DNA from: a virus
Taxonomy: Duplodnaviria > Caudoviricetes
Length of the DNA stretch: 64,000 nt
IMG/VR virus record: IMGVR_UViG_2744054517_000003
Coordinates: 43,634 to 107,633 of that record
Strand: one strand, 5' to 3'
The first letter of the stretch is position 1. Every line of letters starts with the position of its first letter. The notes beneath the pieces were generated by a model. The model had not been told where the DNA came from. It saw only the letters and a list, made by a program, of their open reading frames with translations, and searched no databases. The position numbers were made by a program, and so were the translations under genes. Shown piece after piece: positions 1 through 9,207 of this stretch.

Positions 1-1045
1 GTGTGTACTCTCCGACGATGATACCGGACTGATAATCGCCTTTGACGCCAAGATACGTATGACCAAAGGAGCGGTTGCCGAGTGGTCGAATCTTAATCCG
101 ATTCGCGTCGATAAACAGAATCTCGTCTGGCTTCAGGTTATCGTTTAACACGACTTGGAACGTACCGAAGTCATTGACGATGTGGTCGACTTTCTGGCCG
201 CGACTATTCTCTGCTTGTGTCAAACGGATTTGCGTAAATGCCATGTCGCTAATTGCGCGCTTCTGCACGGCAGGAACAACGAACGTATAGCCTGCGCTTC
301 CTGTGGCAAAACCGCCCGCATTGTAGACTTGTTGCGCCACGTCATCGAGCAGCTTTTTCGTAACTGGTCCGCCCGCAGTGGTCACGTTAGTCTCGATGAA
401 GCTACGGATGCCGCGCATTGTGCGCATATCCCCGCTATCAAATTTGCGACCGCCGATAATGGCTTTCTCAAGTTGGAGCGCAAGTTCAAGCTGCTTCTTC
501 GCCTTCTCATATGCGTAAAGGCCGCTTGACCCTATGCCATACTGCGCAACTGCTTCCGCCGAACCGGTTACACTAACCGTGTCTTCAAAAATCTGCGTTA
601 CGTTGTCTACTTTTGTTTTGGACTTATACCGTGCGTCGCGTGCATCAGCACCTTCTCGGCTGTCTCCATAAAGAGACTCAATCGGAGCATCTTTTGCAAT
701 TGCAGCAGCCGTTGTGCCACTATGCCCCCGGACAACCGTAATCTTATTCGCGGTAGTATCCACAGATTGGATCAGTACTAGCTCATCGCCTACCTCCGCA
801 ATCGTGTGCGGTCGGAATGGCTCGGTGCTGGCTACTTTGATCTCCGTTGCGTCCGCAGCAGCGGCGGCAGTGACCGTCGTTCGTGTCGCAAACATCGCAT
901 CTTCTAGCCAAACGTGCGTAGTTGATGTAACTGGCTGGCTGAAGCCGAGTAAATTCAACATCGGCGTTTGTGTTGGGTTAAGTAGCAGAATTTCATCAGT
1001 TACAGATTCACGTTTACCTACCAAGTCAGTTGTATAAATTGTCAT
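1..1045 (-). CDS. Major capsid protein, SU10/DUF5309-like (3' end outside window)
   Basis: Hand translation, absent from ORF track: MTIYTTDLVGKRESVTDEILLLNPTQTPML...NVTQIFEDTVSVTGSAEAVAQYG...LELALQLEKAIIGG...GIIVGEYT; AGGGGG RBS. Confidence 0.85.
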   Translation of the reverse strand, partial: MTIYTTDLVGKRESVTDEILLLNPTQTPMLNLLGFSQPVTSTTHVWLEDAMFATRTTVTAAAAADATEIKVASTEPFRPHTIAEVGDELVLIQSVDTTANKITVVRGHSGTTAAAIAKDAPIESLYGDSREGADARDARYKSKTKVDNVTQIFEDTVSVTGSAEAVAQYGIGSSGLYAYEKAKKQLELALQLEKAIIGGRKFDSGDMRTMRGIRSFIETNVTTAGGPVTKKLLDDVAQQVYNAGGFATGSAGYTFVVPAVQKRAISDMAFTQIRLTQAENSRGQKVDHIVNDFGTFQVVLNDNLKPDEILFIDANRIKIRPLGNRSFGHTYLGVKGDYQSGIIVGEYT

Positions 1046-1060
1046 AATAAATTCCCCCTA

Positions 1061-1513
1061 TTAATTTTGTGATTTAAGTTTACTTTTGAGTTCCATATAC
1101 TCAACCATGTCTTCCGGACGCCCGGTACGCTTAGCCTTTTCCGCTGCTGTCGCAAGTCGCTGTTCACTCGTCTTTTCGGCTCGCTCACCATAATTGGGCG
1201 CAAACGGGCCTCCTATAGAACGCGGTTCCCTTGGTTTAGCGGCGGAGGTAAACGCGGTCAGGATTTCATCAATCCCCTGCGCTTGCCCTGCGTCATCAAA
1301 CGTTACAGCGGAAAGATTTACGATACCCGCCAGTGCGTCCGGATCGTCAATCCCTGCTGCTCTTGCCTTCCGATAGAAGGCGTTACTGACACGTTGACTG
1401 TGTAGCTCCGTTGTCAACGTTTCGAGCCGCTGTGTGAGCTCTGCGCGTTCATCCTCCCACGTTGGTTCTTGCGTTTGTTCTTCCGGAATCTCCGGATTTG
1501 TTACGTCCTCCAC
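1061..1513 (-). CDS. Capsid scaffolding protein
   Basis: Acidic coiled-coil N-terminus, AAEKAKRTGRPEDMVEY C-terminus, directly upstream of capsid gene. Confidence 0.75.
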   Translation of the reverse strand: MEDVTNPEIPEEQTQEPTWEDERAELTQRLETLTTELHSQRVSNAFYRKARAAGIDDPDALAGIVNLSAVTFDDAGQAQGIDEILTAFTSAAKPREPRSIGGPFAPNYGERAEKTSEQRLATAAEKAKRTGRPEDMVEYMELKSKLKSQN

Positions 1514-1618
1514 GTATACCGCTCCTTTACCATTTAAATTTCATGTGTCTGAACCACGTAAAACCTCGTGGCGTCATTAGCCGTTTTATTGCCGGGGTAA
1601 TCATCGGACTCACCTCCC

Positions 1619-1900
1619 TCACGCTGATTCCTCTGTTACGGTAATTATTTGTAGTGCTCGATCGGCTGCACCCGGAACGTTTGAATGAAGCCGAATACTC
1701 TTACCGACAAACAATCCCTGCGCAACGACCTCGTCAAAAGCGGAAACTATCGCGCCAGCTCCAGCCTCGATTGGATCATCGCTATCTTCGGGAATCGGTT
1801 TACTACCTTGTAGAATCGGCCACCCAACGGATGAGTCAACGTAGACAAAGTCACGGCCAAAGTTCCGCTCATGCTCAATCGTCGGTAATCCCTTGCTCAT
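1619..1900 (-). CDS. Hypothetical protein
   Basis: 93 aa ORF with RBS in capsid operon. Confidence 0.6.
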   Translation of the reverse strand: MSKGLPTIEHERNFGRDFVYVDSSVGWPILQGSKPIPEDSDDPIEAGAGAIVSAFDEVVAQGLFVGKSIRLHSNVPGAADRALQIITVTEESA

Positions 1901-2058
1901 TTCCGTCTCCCCTTTCGTCTACGTCTCCGTTCCTCTTCCGCAATCATAGGCGCAGCAAATCGAATCCATGCGCGGGATACGGAGTCACCGAATGTAATAT
2001 TGGTACCGTCAGCGAACGTTACGACTGTGTGATACTGGTTAACCCCGTTGTTTAACAT
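1897..2058 (-). CDS. Small basic hypothetical protein (53 aa)
   Basis: MLNNGVNQYHTVVTFADG...RRRRRKGRRK; AAGGA RBS; ATGA overlap with next gene. Confidence 0.5.
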   Translation of the reverse strand: MLNNGVNQYHTVVTFADGTNITFGDSVSRAWIRFAAPMIAEEERRRRRKGRRK

Positions 2059-2120
2059 GTTCGCGTTTTCCTTTCGTAATTTAAAGTATTAAAGTGTTGG
2101 TATAAAAATAAAGACGCCTG

Positions 2121-2351
2121 TTAAAGCGCCAGTTTAGTTGATTCCTTTGCTCGCTGAATTGCAGCTAAAACGTCGTCTCCCGTTCCGAAAACCTGCGCGA
2201 TCTTGATTCGCAGGTCTCGGGAAACCGTTCGACGGCCGTTTTCAACGTCTGATATGCAAGACTGACTCACGGCTAAAGCCTCCGCGAAACTTGCCTGCGT
2301 CATGCCGACCATAACGCGAATGCCACGAACTCCCGTTCCGTCCATTATCAC
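2121..2351 (-). CDS. XRE-family HTH regulator
   Basis: MTQASFAEALAVSQSCISDVENG HTH motif. Confidence 0.85.
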   Translation of the reverse strand: MIMDGTGVRGIRVMVGMTQASFAEALAVSQSCISDVENGRRTVSRDLRIKIAQVFGTGDDVLAAIQRAKESTKLAL

Positions 2352-2403
2352 AGACCCCCTTGTCCTATTTGTAATAACGCCTGTCCCTTAAATAAAATTA
2401 ACG

Positions 2404-2417
2404 GGAACGTTAGTTCC
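2404..2417. promoter_or_regulatory. LexA/DinR SOS box upstream of XRE-scaffold-capsid genes
   Basis: GGAACGTTAGTTCC fits Firmicute GAAC-N4-GTTC. Confidence 0.65.
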
Positions 2418-2426
2418 CTTCCCAAC

Positions 2427-3386
2427 TTAGGCGGAAATGTGGACAGTACGGGGCTTGCGGCATTCTACAAACTCCTCTGTCAATGGTTGTTCGTACATGT
2501 TATACGTGACTACTGGTCCCCACCATATGGAGTGTTCATTGCCCTTGTATTTGTTCCGGTTACTCGTCCACCTATATTCCCCATCCAGGTAACCCGCGTT
2601 CTCAGTTCCCTTCTTATCTACGAGCTGCGCAGTATTCTTTCGACCGTGCCCTTCCTTCCGCTTCTTCGCATCAATCATATTCGCAATTTTCTTTGGATTT
2701 CCGAATGACCGCTCAGAGCGCTCCTGTAGGTCCTCCATCTCCTGGGGATTGTAGAAACCGTACTCCATTTGCGTGCGATTTCGCTCACCCTCAAGTTTGA
2801 CAGTTCCGTATCTGTCGTGGCGTTCCCACAGCGTCTTAGATACTCGGCGGCAACTAGGTCCGCAGTCCACTTTACTCGCGCGGCCCTCGAAAGGGTAACG
2901 GCATACACGACATAGCTTGACGCCCATTTTCTCGGCGATACCCTCTGCGTCAGCCTCACAGTAAATCCGTACATTGTGCTTCCTCATGAAGTCTCGCGCG
3001 CCCTCCCCTGGCGGAACATCAACGTCACGATCACGAGGTTTGTCGTATGGATCGCGTAAAATTGATAACCCGTTAACGTGATCCTCAGCGAGAACATAAT
3101 CCGCCAGCCGTTCCAAGCGCTGTTTATCGAGCCGCGTCCGAAACCTGCTGTCACCGCCTATGTGAGCATCGAAATAATAAGCGTCATATAATTCGACCAT
3201 TGTCTCCGCTATCTTCAGCCTCAGCTCAAGCGGATGCTTAGCGTAGGCCCGGTAGTTGGCACGTGTCCAGTTCGGGAACAATTCGCAGGAGTCTCCAGAA
3301 TAATCATATCTGTCTACGTCTGGCGTAACGATGAGCTCAAGTTGTGGGCTATGTTGGTACTCAACTAACTTTTTGGCTGCTTCCAT
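2427..3386 (-). CDS. Hypothetical protein with Zn-ribbon
   Basis: 319 aa; CRVC...CGPSC cysteine cluster; good RBS. Confidence 0.7.
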   Translation of the reverse strand: MEAAKKLVEYQHSPQLELIVTPDVDRYDYSGDSCELFPNWTRANYRAYAKHPLELRLKIAETMVELYDAYYFDAHIGGDSRFRTRLDKQRLERLADYVLAEDHVNGLSILRDPYDKPRDRDVDVPPGEGARDFMRKHNVRIYCEADAEGIAEKMGVKLCRVCRYPFEGRASKVDCGPSCRRVSKTLWERHDRYGTVKLEGERNRTQMEYGFYNPQEMEDLQERSERSFGNPKKIANMIDAKKRKEGHGRKNTAQLVDKKGTENAGYLDGEYRWTSNRNKYKGNEHSIWWGPVVTYNMYEQPLTEEFVECRKPRTVHISA

Positions 3387-3590
3387 CTAATCCCCTCCTA
3401 TATGGAAACTTAATATTTTGATATCCGCGTATCTGTTGTTCTTCCTTGGTAGAAGTTTTCACGCAAAAATCTATATGTGACTATCTCAATGCGCGTATGA
3501 TACTTCGCTAGGAATGAGCGTAAGCGAATGACGACGCGTGAGGGATAGTGGTCTTCTATCCCGAAACAGGATTGGCTCGGTATTATTTGT

Positions 3591-3700
3591 TTCTCTTTTA
3601 CGTATTTCTCTTTTACACCTTTCTCTTTTTACCGTGTGATCTGATCATACTAGGCGTGATACGATCTGACCGTACTTACCGTAGTGTGATCTGATCGTAC
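3591..3700. repeat. Putative replication origin (iterons plus AT-rich repeats)
   Basis: GATCTGAYCRTAC x3 at 25 bp period (3638, 3663, 3688); TTCTCTTTT(T)AC x3 at 15 bp period (3591, 3606, 3621); directly downstream of rep-like genes. Confidence 0.65.
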
Positions 3701-4227
3701 TAAGCGGAGTGACGGGCGTTTCGGCGTGTTACCGAACCATAAATACTCAAGTCCGGCTCAATTACCGTTCCTTCCTCGTCAACGATGTATCCGTCATCAG
3801 TGATTCGCGGGCAGTATGACGGGAAATACCATTTGAAGCGCCGTGTACCCTCGTACCGGGTAGCTGTGCGAATAATTCCATTGGTCTCCAGAATATCCGC
3901 AAGCAATTTAATCCGCGAGCGGTCAATCCTAAGCGTAGACATCAAGGTCTCATACGATATAAAGCACGCCCCAAATCTGTCGTTAAGCGTTCCGTCGCTA
4001 CGGAGATGGTTTCCATCAATATACGATTGCAATGTAAAGTAGAATGCCACGATATCCCTAATTTCCGGTTTACGCTGCCTACCTGCGTACACGATATCGA
4101 GCGTTTCATTAATAATTCGCGGGAATACCTTACGTACGAGGTCGCGGTTGTAAACCTCAAACCCGCGAGGGTCATCAAGAAGAGATACCTTATCGTTGGG
4201 AAGCGGATTACGGTTTCTTTCGGTCAT
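3700..4227 (-). CDS. Putative wHTH replication protein
   Basis: CFISYETLMSTLRIDRSRIKLLADILETNGII wHTH-like segment; adjacent to iterons. Confidence 0.55.
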   Translation of the reverse strand: MTERNRNPLPNDKVSLLDDPRGFEVYNRDLVRKVFPRIINETLDIVYAGRQRKPEIRDIVAFYFTLQSYIDGNHLRSDGTLNDRFGACFISYETLMSTLRIDRSRIKLLADILETNGIIRTATRYEGTRRFKWYFPSYCPRITDDGYIVDEEGTVIEPDLSIYGSVTRRNARHSA

Positions 4228-4856
4228 TTCGACATCTCCTCTATTTCGTATTTCTCGTAAAATTCCGCATACGTCAGCGACTCAAGCGGTTCGTATATGA
4301 GCTTGTTCGGAATGCGATCGGACTTTGTGACGTTGAGCAAACCGTAACGGCAAAGCGTAGCCGTGTGCTGGCGTATTTTGTACGGAGATAGCCCCGTTTG
4401 CGCCTCTATTTCGCGTTGATTTAGCCACGTTTTACCGTATAATCGGTGGCTCGGCTTGTTTTGGCACCAGGAACGTAAATAACCGTAAAAGCCCGCCGTT
4501 TCCACGGTAAAAACTTCGAGTTTCGGATACAGCCGGTAAAGGATGACAGGGACCTTAACGAAGCGATTATCGGTTTCGTGCGAGATTACTAAATCTACGC
4601 TCTCCCATTGCTCCGTAATCTTCCTAATCAGAGTTCGGACAATTCTCCTATGCTCCTGGGTTTTCGGCGCGACAATAAATCCTCCTTGGAAATCCGTAAT
4701 TACTTCATCATCACAAGATATTGTTAGTTTGAATACTCTACTGTTCATGATCCCATGAGTAGAAGGGCTATCGGATATTTTTGCCCCAAAATCATAGGAC
4801 CCTATCTTGCCGCGGTACCAATGGAGCTCATTTGCCTTTTTAATTTCAAATTCCAT
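4224..4856 (-). CDS. Putative replication initiator-like HTH protein
   Basis: FVKVP...WLNQREIEAQTGLSPYKIRQHTATLCRYGLL resembles HTH_36-type initiators. Confidence 0.55.
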   Translation of the reverse strand: MEFEIKKANELHWYRGKIGSYDFGAKISDSPSTHGIMNSRVFKLTISCDDEVITDFQGGFIVAPKTQEHRRIVRTLIRKITEQWESVDLVISHETDNRFVKVPVILYRLYPKLEVFTVETAGFYGYLRSWCQNKPSHRLYGKTWLNQREIEAQTGLSPYKIRQHTATLCRYGLLNVTKSDRIPNKLIYEPLESLTYAEFYEKYEIEEMSK

Positions 4857-4927
4857 AATCTATCTTCCCCTTTTAGTTGGTATTTTGAGCGACAGTCCAC
4901 AACGGAGCCGCCGCGTTGTAGAACCAA

Positions 4928-5374
4928 TTAATACGTAAAGTAATACTCTCCTCCAGATTTCTCGCATAGCTCAATAGCGAGGTCTACGTTAAGATCAAGG
5001 CACCCTGTATCAATCTCCGCTACCTTTGTATACTCCTTCTTTCTAATCTCAATCTTCCCGGTGCCGCCGAGTTCTTGGTCAATTAAATAATCTGCGTTCT
5101 GAAAGGCTCTGCTTTCCTCGCACACGATCTCGTAAAGTTTAAGAGCGAAGCACATCTCGTATGCTTTTTCAATGATGTTGGAAGATCGTACCGGCCGGCC
5201 CATTTCGAAACGACGAAGCGTACTTGTACTGATTCCGAGTTTACAAGAGACTTCTTCGAGCGTGAGTCCATCCGCCTGACGCCGCTCCTTAAAACGCGCC
5301 CCCTTCTCCGCCCATTCTCCGGCTTTCTTAGCTACGTACTGCTCTCGTGTCAACAATGCATTTGTCATAATCAA
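4928..5374 (-). CDS. XRE-family HTH regulator
   Basis: GLTLEEVSCKLGISTSTLRRFEMG. Confidence 0.8.
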   Translation of the reverse strand: MIMTNALLTREQYVAKKAGEWAEKGARFKERRQADGLTLEEVSCKLGISTSTLRRFEMGRPVRSSNIIEKAYEMCFALKLYEIVCEESRAFQNADYLIDQELGGTGKIEIRKKEYTKVAEIDTGCLDLNVDLAIELCEKSGGEYYFTY

Positions 5375-5425
5375 ATCGCTCCCTTTTCGTTTGGTTTTAT
5401 GAAATGCGGTTTCCCGCGGTCTACC

Positions 5426-5833
5426 TAGTTAACCGAATGCGCGTCGTCGTTACGCACACATTTACGCAGTGTTTTCCGTCCTACAGTATCTTGCTGCCGG
5501 TCACTCGCGTTTCGCACATCGACTTACACTACTTTGTTTCCAGCGGAATGAGTTTCGCGTAGGTGAGCGTAATGTTTTTCCGCCTTATACTGTATTAACT
5601 ACAACGGATGTCCCCTTCGCACATCTGCCTTTCATCTACTTCAACGGATGAGAAATCTCGTCTCGCACACTTTTCCGAAAATTCTCGGCCGTACACATAC
5701 TTCAACGCCGCCCAACAGCTCGTGACACACTTTTGAGGAAATTTATTTTCGTCCACCATAGTTAACACGTCGGCCGATGACCGTTTCGCACATCGGATAC
5801 TGTATTATCTACAACGAATTTTGATTCCGCACA
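5426..5833 (-). repeat. Eight-unit degenerate bipartite array, probably promoters
   Basis: CGCACA-like hexamers at 5453, 5513, 5556, 5618, 5664, 5724, 5787, 5828; each has a TAGTT/TACTT/TACTG/CAGTA box starting 26-30 bp to its left. Confidence 0.7.
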
Positions 5834-5929
5834 GTCCTGTGAGAATTTTTCCCCCCTATATATGATAAGGACACAAAATCGCCAAAATGGGGCACGCTAA
5901 AAACTTTTTTCGTTATTTCTGAAACCAAC

Positions 5930-5943
5930 GGAACTCACGTTCG
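5930..5943. promoter_or_regulatory. LexA SOS box
   Basis: GGAACTCACGTTCG (reverse complement CGAACGTGAGTTCC). Confidence 0.65.
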
Positions 5944-5964
5944 TATTACTGGATATAACAAGCA

Positions 5965-6325
5965 GACGATCGGTGCCTGAACCGGATTTACCGGCCGATC
6001 GTCCGAGGATGAAAAATCTATGTGAACTACGCCTGCCTAACGGATATTGCCGTATCCGGACGTAGGAATTATCGAAGTCGGCCGGTAGTTGGGACGTTGG
6101 CGCGTCCTTTCACTACCGACCGGGATTGCCGAGCATTTGGCGCTACTCAGCATTAAAGCAGCGACCTGTTAGCGCAGGCCGAGCGTCCGCATAGCGACCT
6201 CTCCGATTGACGTCGGAAAGTACGGACATTTGATTGGACCGCTCGTTGGCGCGAGGCGGCCGACCTGGTAGGGTGTTAAACCGTCTCCTCCCCATTGAAT
6301 GCCCGAAATGATTGGCGTCATTTCG
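5965..6325 (+). ncRNA. Structured element with repeated TTRVCG hexaloop hairpins (ncRNA or single-strand origin)
   Basis: Seven stems of different sequence capped by TTGCCG/TTGGCG/TTAGCG/TTGACG; strand is a guess. Confidence 0.55.
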
Positions 6326-6338
6326 AACAAACGTAGGT

Positions 6339-6701
6339 TCATTGGAGAACCTGAAACGGAAACTCTCCGACCATATTATTGAGGACGTCTTGCGTCAGCC
6401 ATTCGATGACATCACGGCCATGCAGTTTGGTAACGATCTCCGGTATGACTACAGCCGGATCTCGCGTGACGTTGGTTGCAAGTCTAACGCTAGACGTGTT
6501 TCGGTTTTCGATATAAAACCGATTAATGCCCGTCTGGTATATCCGCTCAACCTTTGATAGATAGACGGTACCCTCCAGTACAAAAAACGCATATCCCGGT
6601 TTGACGAGGAAGCCCTCGCTCATGTCGTAATCGAGGTCGTCGTCTTCCCATACGTGCAAAATAACGATCTTTTCGAGAACAGAGATACCATCCATACTCA
6701 A
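6339..6701 (-). CDS. Hypothetical protein
   Basis: 120 aa, coupled to upstream gene, GGAGG RBS. Confidence 0.6.
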   Translation of the reverse strand: MSMDGISVLEKIVILHVWEDDDLDYDMSEGFLVKPGYAFFVLEGTVYLSKVERIYQTGINRFYIENRNTSSVRLATNVTRDPAVVIPEIVTKLHGRDVIEWLTQDVLNNMVGEFPFQVLQ

Positions 6702-6898
6702 GCGCCTCCATTCGGAAATACGTTGTTAAATGCTGTATCTAGTTCTTTTAACGTCTCAATTCGTTCGGCATCGGTGAAGTGCGGACTTTCTAATACGTTG
6801 CCGACCGCGAGAACATAGAACCGAAACGCGATCATTAACGCCTCGCCCGTCGTTTCGGAACCAAGCCGATAATCCGTAAATATTTCCAAGTACGACAT
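6698..6898 (-). CDS. Hypothetical protein
   Basis: 66 aa, GAGGTG RBS. Confidence 0.55.
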   Translation of the reverse strand: MSYLEIFTDYRLGSETTGEALMIAFRFYVLAVGNVLESPHFTDAERIETLKELDTAFNNVFPNGGA

Positions 6899-6991
6899 TA
6901 CGTCAACACCTCACGAGCAATTAATACGACTGCGTAGATGAATTTTAGGACTGCGACGATACGCTTGCGATTTTTACGCGATAATACGATG

Positions 6992-7480
6992 TTACGCGTA
7001 GTTTATAAATTGCTTACTGCGTTCAATCTGGACGCCTCCCTTCCCGACGATGAATCCGAGTTCCTTCATAACGTCCATTGACAGCGTTAAGCTACCGAGC
7101 GGTGACCGCCGACTGACTCCCGCTGTCTTCCAGAATGCACGCGGCTGTATGACGAGTTCCTGATGCGTACCGACGTACCGAACTATGTAGTTCCCTGTGA
7201 TCGGATCGAGTACGTAGCGAACTTGAGCCGGAGTAACTAGCGGGCGTACAACACGGAAGACTTCGCGCTTCATTTGTGCGTCTAATTCAAAGCCGAGTTC
7301 GACGAGCTGTGCCGGAGTAGCCTCAACAATGTCACCGTAGAGATACGGATTAGCTTGCGGTATAATAGTGAGGAATAATTCCGATGTAACGCGGAGTTCT
7401 TGACGTGAGCAGCCGCTTCCGACCGTGAGGATGACGTTACTTTCGCGACGATTACGGATGAAACCTAACGTGATTGACAT
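6992..7480 (-). CDS. Hypothetical protein, first gene of the repressed leftward operon
   Basis: 162 aa, AGGAGG RBS, downstream of TTGACA-17-TATAGT promoter. Confidence 0.65.
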   Translation of the reverse strand: MSITLGFIRNRRESNVILTVGSGCSRQELRVTSELFLTIIPQANPYLYGDIVEATPAQLVELGFELDAQMKREVFRVVRPLVTPAQVRYVLDPITGNYIVRYVGTHQELVIQPRAFWKTAGVSRRSPLGSLTLSMDVMKELGFIVGKGGVQIERSKQFINYA

Positions 7481-7578
7481 ATGATTGCGCCTCCTAGCGG
7501 AATATATAGGATGAATTGCGTTGATGCTTCGGAACAGTACGATGTTGCTCGGGGTAAAGATGAAACTTTTTGCGTTCG

Positions 7579-7651
7579 ATTACGTATTTCGTAATTTAAC
7601 TATAATTACGTTTTTCGTTATTGTCAACACTTAAATTACGTTTTTCGTATT
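7579..7651. promoter_or_regulatory. Triple operator overlapping leftward sigma-A promoter
   Basis: ATTACG-N5-CGT(A/T)(A/T)T at 7579, 7605, 7635; minus-strand TTGACA (7622-7627) 17 bp from TATAGT (7599-7604). Confidence 0.75.
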
Positions 7652-7691
7652 TATATTCTGCTGTGGTGTTTAAGAGAAAGAGGGGGAAATT

Positions 7692-7937
7692 TTGAGTAAT
7701 AGGACTCTCGTCTGTGATTTGAAAAATCTTTTACTTGAAAAAGGTTGGGAGCAGAAGAAGCTATCGGAATTAACTGGTATTCGAGAGGCGACAATTTCGG
7801 AGTTAGTAAGAAACAAGAATAAAATGTTCCCACGTCAGGTACTAGAAAAAATTATTAACGTACTGGAAATAGACGATATAACAAAGCTAATCCGCATTGA
7901 GTACATATCCCAAGGTGCCAAAGAAAGTACTGATTAA
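7692..7937 (+). CDS. Cro/CI-type HTH repressor (Stl-like position)
   Basis: WEQKKLSELTGIREATISELVRN; divergent from operator-controlled operon. Confidence 0.8.
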   Translation: MSNRTLVCDLKNLLLEKGWEQKKLSELTGIREATISELVRNKNKMFPRQVLEKIINVLEIDDITKLIRIEYISQGAKESTD

Positions 7938-7942
7938 ATGCA

Positions 7943-7974
7943 AAAGAGCCGTTAACCATACGGCTCTTTTTTTT
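7943..7974 (+). terminator. Intrinsic terminator
   Basis: AAGAGCCGT...ACGGCTCTT plus T-run. Confidence 0.75.
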
Positions 7975-8130
7975 GCGTGGATTTATCGAGAGATTCGTTA
8001 AGGAATACTATGTCGAAAAATATTGTAATTCTACATGCTTGACCCAAGTAACTCATTTTTGGTATAATTTTTTTGTCTAAAGAACAAAAAATAGATTTCC
8101 TTTAAGATTATAGATCATGGAGGTGCCATT

Positions 8131-8682
8131 TTGAATAAACCTACGCCTGATTACATTAGAGATACTGCTGTATCTATTTTGCAAGATTACGATATGGGAA
8201 TAAAGCAGTCGGACCTCTGGAGAGAAGTTGAGACGTTTTTATCTGAATCTGGTTATGAAATCACTGACCATACACTCAAGAACGCACTTTGGGACCTAGA
8301 AAAGCAACGGCCGGAGGAAGTTTTAAAGATTAAAAAATCAGCCAAAAATGTAGAACTGCACCCTTTAGACAATAATTCAGATAAACAAGACGCTTATGAC
8401 GAAGCGTGGAATGAATCGCTACAGGATAGAGCAATAGGATCATTAATAAACCTTTCAGGCATGGTATCAGAAATAACGGTTAGGATTGATTCTTCAGGTA
8501 TCCATTCTAAATTAGATGAAACACAAGTGCTTTATATGAATGAATACCCCCCTGAAGTAATTGAGGCAATTACAACTCTTGGCATAGCGCTTGACCTCAT
8601 GGAGAAAAGCAAAAGTGCCTTCAAAAATATAAGACACGTATGGGCTCTAGATTCCCGGAAGGCTAGTTTACAAAGGAGGTGA
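8131..8682 (+). CDS. Accessory hypothetical protein, wHTH-like N-terminus
   Basis: 183 aa, AT-rich, own TTGACC-17-TATAAT promoter. Confidence 0.7.
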   Translation: MNKPTPDYIRDTAVSILQDYDMGIKQSDLWREVETFLSESGYEITDHTLKNALWDLEKQRPEEVLKIKKSAKNVELHPLDNNSDKQDAYDEAWNESLQDRAIGSLINLSGMVSEITVRIDSSGIHSKLDETQVLYMNEYPPEVIEAITTLGIALDLMEKSKSAFKNIRHVWALDSRKASLQRR

Positions 8683-8689
8683 TAACAAT

Positions 8690-8776
8690 ATGAATGTATA
8701 TGAATCACTTGCAATCATGCTACAGTTTGGACTTGTCATAATTGGTATACTTACACTGGCACAGAAAAAGCGATAG
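8690..8776 (+). CDS. Holin-like type I toxin (28 aa)
   Basis: MNVYESLAIMLQFGLVIIGILTLAQKKR; AAGGAGGT RBS; opposite-strand terminator 8764-8800. Confidence 0.75.
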   Translation: MNVYESLAIMLQFGLVIIGILTLAQKKR

Positions 8777-9207
8777 CCTCCCCACCATGAGCTGCTACCG
8801 CACAATACTTACAGTTTCAATAATAACGTTTAGTGTAATTACCTGCAAGACTAGGCGTAGCCCTCCGAGATTGCGTCTTTTACGTTTGTGCGTGGACAAG
8901 ATAAGAACCGTAACCCTACGTATAGGCTGCGATTCTTTTCGTTTCCTGAAGTCTGCGCATCAAATATAATTTCCAACGGTCCGTAAGATGGACGGCTCTG
9001 TCGCGACACAAAATTATCAGCTTCTAAAATCAAAAAAAAGCCCGCAATTCTCTACGTTGAGGACACGGGCTTTTAACGTTAAATTAGGCGTTTATGGCGC
9101 TACCCTTACGTGGGTATTCGGAACGGAGTTACGGCGCTTATTTGCGGTGAAATGCGATGATTAAGCTTAATAACTATGTATATATTTTGTACCACTGTCT
9201 TTCTTAA

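Noticed and set aside
75-1037. Three + strand ORFs in the track
   Set aside because: Antisense shadows of the minus-strand capsid gene, which the track missed because its stop lies outside the window
5469-5651. 60 aa + strand ORF
   Set aside because: No RBS; lies across the repeat array
5426-5833. CRISPR-like array
   Set aside because: Conserved parts are only short boxes, the period is irregular (41-63 bp) and no cas genes are present
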